Positions 23,464 through 36,329 of a stretch of 64,000 nucleotides of DNA are shown here, in pieces (position 1 is the stretch's first letter; every line of letters begins with the position of its first letter). The notes beneath the pieces were generated by a model, which saw only the letters and a program-made list of their open reading frames with translations, did no database searches and was not told where the DNA came from. The translations under genes and the position numbers were made by a program. Source of the stretch: Octopus vulgaris (lineage: Eukaryota); NCBI GenBank assembly GCA_951406725.2, contig OX597838.1, positions 13,826,001 to 13,890,000 of the forward strand. The letters are read 5' to 3'.

Positions 23464-23698
23464 AAGGCGGCGAGCTGGCAGAATCGTTAGCGCGCCGGGC
23501 GAAATGCTAAGCGGTATTTCGTCTGCCATTACGTTGTGAGTTCAAATTCCGCCTAGGTCGACTTTGCCTTTCATCCTTTCGGGGTCGATAAATTAAGCAC
23601 CAGTTACGCACTGGGGTCGATGTAATCGACTTAATACCTATGTCTGTCCTTGTTTGTCCCCTCTATGTTTAGCCCCTTGTGGGTAATAAAGAAATAGG
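23464..23698 (+). mobile_element. SINE with Meta-domain-like core (GCCTTTCATCCTTTCGGGGTCGATAAATTAAGTACCAG)
   Basis: Full ~235-bp copy. Others at ~3021-3250(-), 4710-5105(-, dimer), 6402-6637(-), 21600-22018(-, dimer), 25124-25720(+, multimer), 25811-26040(-), 45029-45262(+), 48862-49201(-), 50649-50882(+), 50938-51164(-), 56035-56197(-), 56523-56754(+), 60567-60977(-). Confidence 0.88.
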
Positions 23699-26600
23699 TA
23701 AGTCATATGGGGTTCAACTGTAACATATTGGACTCTCGTCTCTGTCCACTCTTTCTGCACTCCTAAAGGTGCTCCACACTCCAGCAAGCAGTGATGAATG
23801 ACAGGATACACTGTGACATTCAGGACATAAGTGGACACATTATTGTCCAGTCTGGTTTTTGTGCTCCTGTAAACATTGCATACATTGATGAGTAGTGATA
23901 AATCATGTTGAGTTCAGCCTAACAGTCTAGAGACATGGCACTCCCTATACTGTCTCTCTCCAGCTCTTCTACACTGCCCTTGGCCTGAATAGCCACCTCA
24001 GACACCAGCACCAGTCACACCCATCAGTATGAAGAGGCTCAATCATTTTCTATGGATTAACGACCCAAAACACCATCCGATCATGGCCATTTGCCAGCCT
24101 TGTCTGGCACCTGTGCAGGTGGCACATAAAAAGCACCCACTACACTCACAGAGTGGCTAGCGTTAGGAAGGGCATCCAGCTGTAGAAACACTGCCAGATC
24201 AGACTGGGCCTGGCGCAGCCTTCTGGCTTCCCAGACCCCAGTTGAACCGTCCAACCCATGCTAGCATGGAAAGCGGATGCTAAATGATGATGATGATGAT
24301 GACTGCTGCCACCAACTGTCCAATGTATTCTTGTACCCGAAGGTGGTAAGCTGGTAGATTCTTTAGCACACCGAGCCTTAATGTTTAGCAGCATTTCCAT
24401 TCATCTTTACGTTCTGAGTTCAAATTCCACCAAGGTTGACTTTGCCTTTCACCATTCCGGGGTTGATAAAGAAAATAAGCCAGCTGAACACAGGGGTCGA
24501 CGTAACCAACTTAACCCATCCCCCAAACTTGTTGCTTTCATGCCATAATTCGAAATCAATATATTCTTGTACCCTTGAATATTTTTGCGGCGAACACAGC
24601 AAATGTGGACAGGGTGGAATTGGTTAGCATGTGACAGTTGCTATTCTTTTGCACTTATACTTGGTGGTGTGCATTCCAGCATGGTGCTTGGACCAGTGAG
24701 GCTATCGATGTTGCAGCTATTACTGTGCATGTCCAATATGAGCGGGAGAGATAGTGTTTTTTTTAGGCTAGTATTGAAGCAATGTTCTGGGTATGTGCCT
24801 GGGTATGTGCCTGGGTATGTGCCTGGGGATGCTTCAGAATATTCTGAGTGGGCACTTATTTGTAATAATGCTAAAGTGAGGGTTTCGAAATAAGTGTATC
24901 ACTGTTAATACAAGTGGGCACCGTTAAATAGTAAGGGGCAGTGCTATCCAGCGCAGCCCCTTAGTGATGGGCATGATACGTGTATCAGTAGTCAGAAGTG
25001 GGTTTTTTTTTTTTTTTTCATATAGTGATACTGACTGTGGGACTTACACCTGACAATGGCAACAAATTGTGACCTCCTCTCATGACAAAATGGTGTTTCA
25101 GCTTTAATATTTTTGTTTCATTGAAGGTGGCAAGCAGGCAGAAACGTTAGCACGCAGGGCGAAATGCTTAGCGGTATTTCGTCTGCCATTATGTTCTGAG
25201 TTTAAATTCCGCCGAGGTTGACTTTGCCTTTCATCCTTTCGGGGTCGATAAATTAAGTACCAGTTACGCACTGGGGTCGATGTAATCGACTTAATCTGTT
25301 TGTCTGTTCTCTCTGTGTTTAGCCCCTTGTGGGCAATAAAGAAATAAGAAACATTAGCATGCCCTGAGTTCAAATTAGCATGCTCTGAGTTCAAATTCCG
25401 CTGAGGTCGACTTTGCCTTTCATCCTTTCGGGGTCGATAAATTAAGTACCAGTTACGCACTGGGATCAATGTAATCGACTTAATCTGTTTGTCTGTCCTC
25501 TCTGTGTTTAGCCCCATGCGGGCAATAAAGAAATAAGAAACATTAGCACACCCTGAGTTCAAATTAGCATGCTCTGAGTTCAAATTCCGCTGAGGTCGAC
25601 TTTGCCTTTCATCCTTTCAGGGTTAATAAGATGAGTTCCAGTTGAACATTGGGGTCGATGATATTGACTCATCCCTCTCTCCGAAATTGCTGGTCTGGTG
25701 CCAAAATTTGAAACCAATATTTTTGTTTCATTGCATTGCAGAGTGCTGTCTGAGTCCAACTTGTTATGATGCAGAGTGTGCCGTTTTGTATTCTTGTTTT
25801 TTATATATATATCTTTACTGCCCACAAGGGGCTAAACATAGAGGGGACAAGCAAGGACAGACAAAGGGATTAAGTCGATTACATCGACCCCAGTGCGAAA
25901 CTGGTACTTTATTTATCGACCCCGAAAGGATGAAAGGCAAAGTCGACCTCGGCGGAATTCAAACTCAGAACGTAACGACAGACGAAATACCGCTAAGCAT
26001 TTCGCCCTGCGCGCTAACGTTTCTGTCAGCTCGCGGCCTTGTTTTTTATATATGTGTGTTTATGGTGGTTTGTTATGAAGGGATCTGGAACCCTTGACTA
26101 GTAAAGTCCAGGTTGGATCAAATGTATAGCTTGCACTACAGTTATTGTTTTTTTTCCCAAGACTGCATGGGGAGTTGTTAGTGATGGGGGTGTGTTGTTG
26201 ATGTTGATGGTGATAGTGTGTTTGTGATGGTGTGCTCTTGATGAAAATGATAGTGTTGTTGATGATGACTGACACTGCATCAGTGTTGTTGGTGATGGTT
26301 ATATTGGCTGTGATGGTGATGTACTGATAGTGCGTCGATGAAGGTGAGTTGATAGCTGTAGTGGTTGTATAACCTCAGGTCATTCTGATCCAACAGTCCC
26401 GTGTCACAACCCACTCCGCCAGTCTTGTCTTCCTAGTAACACCATGTCTCCACCCTAATGAGGACCGTATGACACACTCCAATACACTATCATGAATCAT
26501 ATGAGTGCAATGTGACACTTTCACTTGTCCACACTATCTCTGGTGGTGGTCACAGTCAGGTAAAACACAGAGAGACTCTGTCATTAGAGGAGAAGGGCGG

Positions 26601-26741
26601 CGGTGTTGTGTTGACAGTGGTGTCAACGGTGGTGTTGGTCTTGATGTCAGCGTAAAGAAGAGGGGGGGGAGTCGTGTTCGTAGGTGGAGGATATGGAGAT
26701 AATTGAGGAGTAAAAGTGATGATGGCCTTAGTAGAGGATAA

Positions 26742-27820
26742 GTGTGGTGGCTGAACAAAAGGTGTTCACGGTTGGATGACAAGGAGATAACACAGTGGTG
26801 TGGTGGCTGAACAAAAGGTGTTCACGGTTGGATGACAAGGAGATAACACAGTGGTGTGGTGGCTGAACAAAAGGTGTTCATGGTTGGAGGACAAGGAGAT
26901 AACACAGTGGTGTTGGTGGCTGAACAAAAGGTGTTCACGGTTGGAGGACAAGGAGATAGCACAGTGGTGTTGGTGGCTGAACAAAAGGTGTTCACGGTTG
27001 GAGGACAAGGAGATAACACAGTGGTGTTGGTGGCTGAACAAAAGGTGTTCACGGTTGGATGACAAGGAGATAACACAGTGGTGTTGGTGGCTGAACAAAA
27101 GGTGTTCACAGTTGGATGACAAGGAGATAGCACAGTGGTGTTGGTGGTTGAACAAAAGGTGTTCACGGTTGGATGACAAGGAGATAGCACAGTGGTGTTG
27201 GTGGCTGAACAAAAGGTGTTCACGGTTGGAGGACAAGGAGATAGCACAGTGGTGTTGGTGGCTGAACAAAAGGTGTTCACGGTTGGAGGACAAGGAGATA
27301 ACACAGTGGTGTTGGTGGCTGAACAAAAGGTGTTCACGGTTGGATGACAAGGAGATAACACAGTGGTGTTGGTGGCTGAACAAAAGGTGTTCACAGTTGG
27401 ATGACAAGGAGATAGCACAGTGGTGTTGGTGGTTGAACAAAAGGTGTTCACGGTTGGATGACAAGGAGATAGCACAGTGGTGTTGGTGGCTGAACAAAAG
27501 GTGTTCACTGTTGGATGACAAGGAGATAGCACAGTGGTGTTGGTGGCTGAACAAAAGGTGTTCACGGTTGGAGGACAAGGAGATAGCACAGTGGTGTTGG
27601 AGGCTGAACAAAAGGTGTTCACTGTTGGAGGACAAGGAGATAGCACAGTGGTGTGGTGGCTGAACAAAAGGTGTTCACGGTTGGAGGACAAGGAGATAGC
27701 ACAGTGGTGTGGTGGCTGAACAAAAGGTGTTCACGGTTGGATGACAAGGAGATAGCACAGTGGTGTTGGTGGCTGAACAAAAGGTGTTCACGGTTGGAGG
27801 ACAAGGAGATAGCACAGTGG
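26742..27820. repeat. 57-bp minisatellite, ~19 copies
   Basis: Unit GTGGTGTTGGTGGCTGAACAAAAGGTGTTCACGGTTGGA(G/T)GACAAGGAGATA(G/A)CACA; 56-bp variants near both ends. Confidence 0.97.
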
Positions 27821-28032
27821 ACAGAAATGTAACGAATTGGAACAGGTGGCGGTGTTGATGGCGGAAGGTAATAGTGTAGGCTACGGTGGTGATATTAGTT
27901 ATGGTAGTCGCTAGCGAGAAGATATCACCTCATCTTTTTTTATCACTACCTTGTTACTAGGTTTGTACACGTCGTCAGAACTTTAAATGCTCTTAACACA
28001 CGTAGATATACATACATACATACATACATACA

Positions 28033-28065
<33 letters not shown>

Positions 28066-28226
28066 TACTTACATAACACGCATATTATACATCTCTCTCT
28101 CTCTCTCCCTCTCACACATACACCCACACACATATATATACATTACAAACACATCACCGAGACATATACAACACACGGTTTTTTGTTGTTACATTTACGT
28201 AGATTTGTTACAAGTTCAATCCTTAC

Positions 28227-28239
28227 CTTCAGCAGTCAT
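28227..28239 (-). CDS. Unidentified gene 2, probable first coding exon portion (ATG ACT GCT GAA G = MTAE); exon probably starts at 28510
   Basis: Strong donor aag|gtaagg; phase 1 matches the acceptor at 10243. In-frame stops lie upstream of the ATG. Acceptor tctgcctcag| at 28510 implies an upstream non-coding exon. Confidence 0.55.
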
Positions 28240-28619
28240 TGGGGCGGGGGATGTTCTCTCGCCTCGCTTTTTATATATTTCACAGAGACATAAACACTTG
28301 TTGTCATCGTTGTTGACGGTGCTATATTTTATATATATTTACACTGACATTACGTTTATGTTGTTGTTGTTGTATATTTGTGTTGTTGCAGTTGTTATTG
28401 CTATTATTACAGATGTGTCACGTGTTTGGTCTCTGGAATATTAATGCACCATTGATGTGTTGGACAGGTTACTGTTGTTGTTACTACTGCTGTTGTTACT
28501 GCTGCTGCCGCTGAGGCAGACAGAAAGACAAGATATGGGAAAAATGATGAATGCATGTGCGTGCGCGCGTGCTTACACACACACACATACATACATATAT
28601 GTACGTACTTATATATATG

Positions 28620-28664
28620 ATGATAGATAGATAGATAGATAGCTAGATAGATAGACTGATAGAC

Positions 28665-28700
<36 letters not shown>

Positions 28701-28817
28701 TGATAGATAGACTGATAGACAGATAGATAGACTGATAGATAGGTAGGTAGATAGACTGATAGACAGATAGATAGACTGATAGATAGATAGACAGATAGAT
28801 AGACTGATAGATAGACT

Positions 28818-28879
<62 letters not shown>

Positions 28880-29624
28880 CTGGCTGATAGCTAGCAAGCT
28901 AGACAGACAGATGAATAAGAAAGACAGACAGAGTCAGAGATAAATGGATAGATGGACAGACAGACAGACAGTTGAAAAGGACAGACAGAAAGATAGATAG
29001 AGTAAGAGAGATAGATGGATAGACAGACAGATAGACGGAGAAACAGTCAGGTAGAGGGACAGAGACAGTCAAGATAGATAGATATATAGGCGAACAGATT
29101 ATATAGATAGGTAAATAGATAAACAAACAGACCGACAGACAAGAGAGATAATTTTTGATGATGCTTTTCTTGCAGTTGTGGTAATTGTCAGTTAATATTC
29201 CATGTGAAGTAGTTTCGATTCTCTCACGGAACACCGTTTAAAATGATCCCACGATGGATGGAAGTTGTTGTAAGATGGTGTTGTTTTGTTATTATCTGAG
29301 TAATAAACCTGATGGTTTAGCCATTGTCTGTCTCCATTCTAAGATATCCTTCCGTAAGGTTCTTCGGTGACAGTTGCCGAAAGAAACCGTCTGTCTTTTC
29401 TGAATAAGAAAATACACACCAACAAATGGTGTTCGTATTTAGTGGGATGGAGAAAGAAAGAGATAGGGATGAAGATAGATGGATGGATAGAGTAAGACCA
29501 AGTTGAATGAGGTATATATAATTATACACACGCACACTCACAGTCAGAGTGGAAAAGATGTGGATAGAAAGGTAGATGTACCAATAGAGTTTGAATGAAA
29601 TATAGAAAGAGAGAGGGAGAGAGG

Positions 29625-29660
<36 letters not shown>

Positions 29661-30046
29661 GAGAGAGAATGACAGGTGTGGAAAGATAAAGATAAATAGA
29701 ATGGGTGTATGAGAGAGGCTGACAGATGTATAATAAAGCCTGACGAAGTCAGATTAATTGGGGAGAATGGGAGGGACTAAAAGTGGGAGTTGGAGTGGAA
29801 GAGACAGGTGATAGAATAGGCTGAAAGAGAGAGGGGGTAAGAAAGGAGAGACAGACAGAAAAGGAGAGTAACAGTAGTAGGATATGACGTGGGCGGAGGG
29901 AGAGTCAGGGGAGTGGGAGAAAACGAGGGTCAGGAGAGAGAGAGGGGAAAGGGAGAGTGAACAAGAGAGCGCGGGTTTGTGAGCATTTTAGAGTGAGAGA
30001 GGAGATGAGAAAGAAGTAGTGTTAGTAGTAGTAGTAGTAGTAGTAA

Positions 30047-30087
<41 letters not shown>

Positions 30088-31010
30088 AGAAACGACGTCA
30101 ATATTGTGGGCGGAAGGGAAAAAATGGGAGATAGGAATACAGTGTGTTTTGGGCGAAAGAGAAAGTGAAAGTAGAAAAGATGAGAAAGAAGAGAAAGAAA
30201 TAACAAAGACTAGTAGTAGGTAGAGGAGGGGGGAGGGATAGTTAATGTGTAACAGCGGAGGGGAAGAGGAAAGTGAAAGAGAGAAGAATGACAAAGAGTT
30301 GCGACAGCAGGAAACACTGTTAGTATAAGCGTAGGTGGGGGAAGGTGAAAAGAGAAGGAAAAAATGTATTGCGGGATACGAACGTGATAGATGGATAGAT
30401 GAGAAGGTGGAAGTACAACCGCCGAGGGAGGCGGGAAAGAATGTGGGTGGTGAGAAAGAAGCGGTAGGAGGAGGAATATTACCTGATAGAAAACAGAAAG
30501 CGAGGGGGAGAGAATTAAAATGACCGAAAATAGGCTTGAGTAGGAGGATCGTCGAAAGTGAAACTAGAATGAATGAAGGAAGAGAGAAATAATAGAATAG
30601 AGATCGAGGAAAGAGGGTGGGTGGCTTATTTTCAGGTTTACGATAGAGAGAGAAAGAGACAAAGGAATGGATAGGGGAAGACAGAAGGAAGGAGGCTTGG
30701 TGGATGAGGAGGATAATGGCGTGTCGAGATAGGGAAAATAAAATAGAGAGGAAGAAAGAATAAAAGGAAGGAGGAATATTTTCTGATAAAATTGAAGAAA
30801 TTAAAAGAACGAATGACAAAAACTAAGATGGCGAAAAGGAAAGAAGAGGTCTGAGAGAGAGGGAGAGAGACAGAGAGAGATAGAGAAAGAGAGAGAGAGA
30901 AAGAGAGAGAGAGAAAGAGAGCGAGAGAGAGAGATTAGGACAGAACGCGAGAAATAAATTGAAAGAAAGACAAAGAGAGAGAGACAGAGAGAGGAAGAGA
31001 GAGAGACAGA

Positions 31011-31048
<38 letters not shown>

Positions 31049-31330
31049 TTAGGACAGAACGCGAGAAATAAATTGAAAGAAAGACAAAGAGAGAGAGAGA
31101 GAGAGAAATTGTGAATTTACTACTGTAAGAAGGATGAAAAAGAAAGAAGAGGTGAAGCAAAACAAGCGGAGAGAAGTGAAAGCATGAGATGGTAAGAGTG
31201 AGTAGCAGTAGTAGATAGATAGATAATTAGAAGCAATGTGAGTGGGAGAGAGAGAGGTTGAGAGGGGAAGAGTTGAAAGAGAAAGAAAGTGATGAAAAAG
31301 AAGTGGGAGAGAAAAAAAAGACGGAAACGG
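28620..31330. repeat. (GATA)n, (GA)n and (TAG)n tracts with extended purine-rich low-complexity sequence
   Basis: Direct reading; strong purine bias on the + strand. Confidence 0.8.
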
Positions 31331-33899
31331 AGTGGGTGGTTTGAGAGATGACGTAACTAATTGGATAAAGTTGGTTGCTTGTTGCTATTAGCAACCACTG
31401 AGTAAGTCTGCGCATTGTAAATCGATTGGTTTAGTCTGGCTGTCGCAGAATTATTTTTTTTTCTTTTATTTGTGTCTTGTTTTTTTCTTTTCTGCGTTTT
31501 TGGTTGATTAATTTGAAAATATTTTAATTTGGCATTACCAAGGGAGGCAACTCGAAGACCTGCGATGTTAATGTTATTAGCAAAGAGCATTATGAATGAA
31601 TAAAGAAGATGTATAGAGTAGATGTATTTAGTCACAGCGGGGTTTGGCTTCATGCAAGGTGAAGTGAAGTGGAGGGCTCATCAACAGCTTGGAATAAGGA
31701 TCACGATGATGGGTGAACGGGATTTGATCAGCAGCAAAGAAAGTGAAACCGATCGGTTTGAAGTTGTCAATAAATACCTCGTAGATCTAACATCGCACCA
31801 TAACTTAATGCATAGCCAGAATTCTGTATATATTTTATCTATATTTCAATAAACTTTATCAACTAAGTACGACCAGCATTATGAATGAATAAAGAAGATG
31901 TATAGAGTAGATGTATTTAGTCACAGCGGGGTTTGGCTTCATGAGTATGGCAGCTTATTCACGAAATATTTGTCTGTCTGTCTGATTCATTATTTATTTA
32001 CCTATCTGTCTGCTGTTTAGCCATATTCCGACCAAACACACACATACACACACACACACACATTTGTAAGCATGGAAAACGGACTTCTTTAGATATCAGA
32101 AAATGATGATGATGATGCATGATGACTCGGTCGAACTGTCCAACCCATGCTAGCATGGAAAACGGACGTTAAACAATGATGATGATGATGATGATGAATA
32201 GGAAAGGTGTGTTCATACTAAGCAATAAATGGAAACATTCAAATGAAATAACATGACACACACAGAAAGTCTGTTAGAAACTCAACATTTGAGCAAATTT
32301 TTACATCTCAAATATATATCCAGGTTGAATATACAGGTGTGAAAACAGCTATTAGGAGAGTGTACACTAAACTCAATTCACGATACTGAATTTTTGGCAC
32401 TCAATTTTGCTGTATTTGTAGGCCTCACTCATGGAAGGTTTTAGTCAGAGTACTGAACTATCCTGTGAACAAGAGCTGTTTGTTGGATAAAATCTTGGTT
32501 GTGCAATGATTGAATTGTGATATCTGTGTGGCAAAACGCTAGACTGAATCCAATTCTATACATGCATCAGCACTCTGGACACCAATATGCTTAGAAAAAT
32601 ACAAAAGAAAAAGGACATCTGTAGACCAGTGGTTCCCAAACTATGAGTTGCAACCCACAGATGGGTTGCGAACGGAATCCTAGTTATAAAATTACGCATT
32701 AGCTTTGATTAACTGCTGTCTATCAAGATAGTTCAGGTAGAGTTAAGTGGGTCATCATAAACTGGTGTGATAAATAGTGGGTAGTGCTGTAGACCATTGA
32801 TAAGGAGTTTGCAAATCCAGTACCTAAGATATGCTTTCAGTTTCATGCCTATCATTATTGGAGCAATAGGACATACACCATTCTGTATGAAGCAAAGTAT
32901 GGCTGAATTTGGGTTCTTGGGAAGAGGACACAATTTAATTACGACATGACAAATGGTCCCAATATCTGGGACAGTAAAAATCTACCAGACCTTCTTGAAA
33001 TTTAAAGCGCCATCCGACTGTGGCCGTTTGCCAGCCTCGTCTGGCACCTGTGCCGGTGGCATGTAAAAAGCACCCACTGCACTCAAGGAGTGGTTGGTGT
33101 TAGGAAGGGCATCCAGCCGTAGAAACATTGCCAGATCAGACTGGAGCCTGGAGCAGCCTCCTGGTTTCCCAGACCCCAGTTGCACCGTCCAACCCATGCC
33201 AGCATGGAAAGCGGACGCTAAACGACGATGATGATGATGATGATGACAAATGGTCCCAATATCTGGGACAGTAAAAATCTACCAGACCTTCTTGAAATTT
33301 AAAGGGTTGTCACAATTGTGTGTGGCTGAATGTATGTAGCTACACCTTGTGAATAATTAATAAGCAGCTTGACCCCCTCCCCCAAGGGGTCAGATGACGT
33401 CCATGAGGGTGCTTGATTGCTCCAATGCCTTAGCCTCACCATTGAGGTAATGCTGTGAGCATGTTGCCTTGCCTTTGTACGTTTTGTTGAACTGTGTGGT
33501 GTACGACCAGTTGAAGCACATTGTGTTGACTTAATGTTTTGCTTTCTTTTTTGTTCCTTCTTTCTCATTTTCTTCTTTTTCTTTCTTTCTTCTTTCTTCA
33601 CTCATGGTTGTGTTTTCTTTGGTTTTGGATTTGTATTTTAATGGGGTTTTTTTTTATTATATATGTATCATATACATAGGCGCAGGAGTGGCTGTGTGGT
33701 AAGTAGCTTGCTTACCAACCACATGGTTCCGGGTTCAGTCCCACTGCGTGGCATCTTGGGCAAGTGTCTTCTGCTATAGCCTCGGGCCGACCAAAGCCTT
33801 GTGAGTGGATTTGGTAGATGGAAACTGAAAGAAGCCCTTTCGTATATATGTATTTTTTTCTCTAGTTTCAGCTCAGAGCTGTGGCCATGCTGATACACC

Positions 33900-33978
<79 letters not shown>

Positions 33979-36329
33979 TATGTTTGTGTGTCTATGTTTG
34001 TCCCTCTAGCATTGCTTGACAACCGATGCTGGTGTGTTTACGTCACCGTCACTTAGCGGTTCGGCAAAAGTGACCAAAAGAATAAGTACAGGGCTTACAA
34101 AGAATAAGTCCTGGGGTCGATTTGCTTGACTAAAGGCGGTGCTCCAGCATGGCCGCAGTCAAATGACTGAAACAAGTAAAAGGGTAAAGAGTAAAAGAGT
34201 ATGTATCATATACATGTGTTATATATTCTTTTATTCTCCTAATTCATCATCGTCGTTTAACGTCCGTTTTTCCATGCTGGCATGGGTTGGACGGTTCGAC
34301 CGGGGTTCTGGGAAGCCAGAAGGCTGCACCAGGCTCCAGTCTAAATTTGGCAATGTTTCTACAGCTGGATGCCCTTCCTAACGCCAACCACTCCGTGAGT
34401 GTAGTGGGTGCTTTTTACGTGCCACCTGCACAGGTGCCAGGCGGGGCTGGCAACGGCCACGGTCAGATTGGTGTATTTTATGTGCCACCGGCACGGAAGC
34501 CAGTCGAGGCGGTGCTGGCATCGGCCACGAGTCGGATGGTGCTTTTTACGTACCACCAGACCAGGGATCCTGGCTGGTTCAATTCGATTTCGATTTCGAT
34601 TTCGCTTGCCCCAACATGTCTTCACAAGCAAAGGGGGTTTGCAAGGGTGCCTAATTATTTCATTCATTTAACAGTCGCCATACAGGAACACGGCCGTAAA
34701 GAGTTTTTTAGTCAAAGAACATTATTATCAAATATAGGAGAGTACAAATATAAATGAAGACAAGATTTAATTATTTAATTAAATAATTGTGATATTTATT
34801 TTACACAGGAAACAGAGATGGCAATTTTAATAATAATGTTAAAATAATAATAATAATAATCATAATAATTCTTTTTTAAATTTTGGCATAAGGCCAGCAA
34901 CTTTTGAGAGCAAGAGGGTAGTTGATGGCATCAAACCTGGTGTTCAACTGGTACATGTTTTATTGAGCCTGAAATGATGAAAGGCAAAGTGTGGATCTTG
35001 GTGAAATTTCTACTGAGAACGTAAAGAGCAGAAAGAAATGCTGCTAAGCATTTCATCCGATGAACTAATGATTCTGCCAGCTTGTTGCCTAAATAATAAT
35101 AATAATAAATAATAATAAATATAATAATAATAATAATAATAATAACAATAATGGTTTCAAATTTCGTCACAAGGGCAGCAGTTTGTGGGGGAGAAGATGA
35201 GTCGATTACATCGACCCCAGTTTTTAACTGGTACTTATTTTATCGACCCCCGAAAGGATGAAAGGCAAAGTCAACCTCGGCGGAATTTGAACTCAGAGCA
35301 CAGTGACAGGCGAAATACCGCTAAGCATTTTGTCCAGCACGCTAATGATTCTGCCAGCTCACTGCCTTATTAATGATAATACTCTTTTTACTCTTACTTG
35401 TTTCAGTCATTTGACTGCGGCCATGCTAGAGCACCGCCTTTAATCGAGCAACTTGACCCTGGGACTTATTCTTTTGTAAGCCCAGTACTTATTCTATCGG
35501 TCTCTTTTGCTGAACCGCTAAGTAACGGAGACATAAACACACCAGCATCGGTTGCCAAGCAATGCTAGGGGGACAAACACACGCATACATATATATGCAT
35601 ATATACGATGGGCTTCTTTCAGTTTCCGTCTACCAAATCCACTCACAAGGCTCTGGTCAGCCCAAGGCTTTAGTAGAAGACACTTGCCCAAGGTGCTACG
35701 CAGTGGGACTGAACCCGGTACCATGTGGTTGGTAAACAAGCTACTTACCACACAGCCACTCCTGCGCCTAATTCTTTTTATTATAAGCATAAGGCCTGAA
35801 ATGTCAAGGGAGTGGGTAAGCTGATTACATCAATCCCAGTGCGTAACTGGTACTAATTTTACTGACCCTGAAAGGATGAAAGACAAAGCCAACCTTGTCA
35901 GAATTTGAACTCAGAATGTGAAGACAGACAAAAAAAAAAACCACTAAGCATTTCATCTGGTGTGCTAACGACTCTGCCAGCTTGCTGTCTTAATAATAAT
36001 AATAATAATAATCCTTTCTACTGAAGGCGCAAGGCCTGAAATTTTGGGGAACAGACTAGTTGATTACAGACTAGTGCTTTTTACGTGCCACTGGCACGAA
36101 GGCCAAGCGAGGCTGGCAACAGCCACAATCGGATGGTGCTTTTTACGTGCCACCGGCACAGATGCCAAGCGAGGCTGGCAAACGGCCACGATCGGAGGGT
36201 GCTTTTTACGTGCCACTGGCACAGAGGCAGTCGGGGCATGCTGGCAAAGGCCACGTTCAGATGGTTCTCTTATGTGCCACCGGCACTGGTATCACAGCTA
36301 CGATTTCCATTGATGTTGATCGATTATTG

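Noticed and set aside
26766-27691. 289-aa His/Cys repeat protein
   Set aside because: Open frames follow from the 57-bp unit; several frames on both strands are open and 56-bp units shift the frame.
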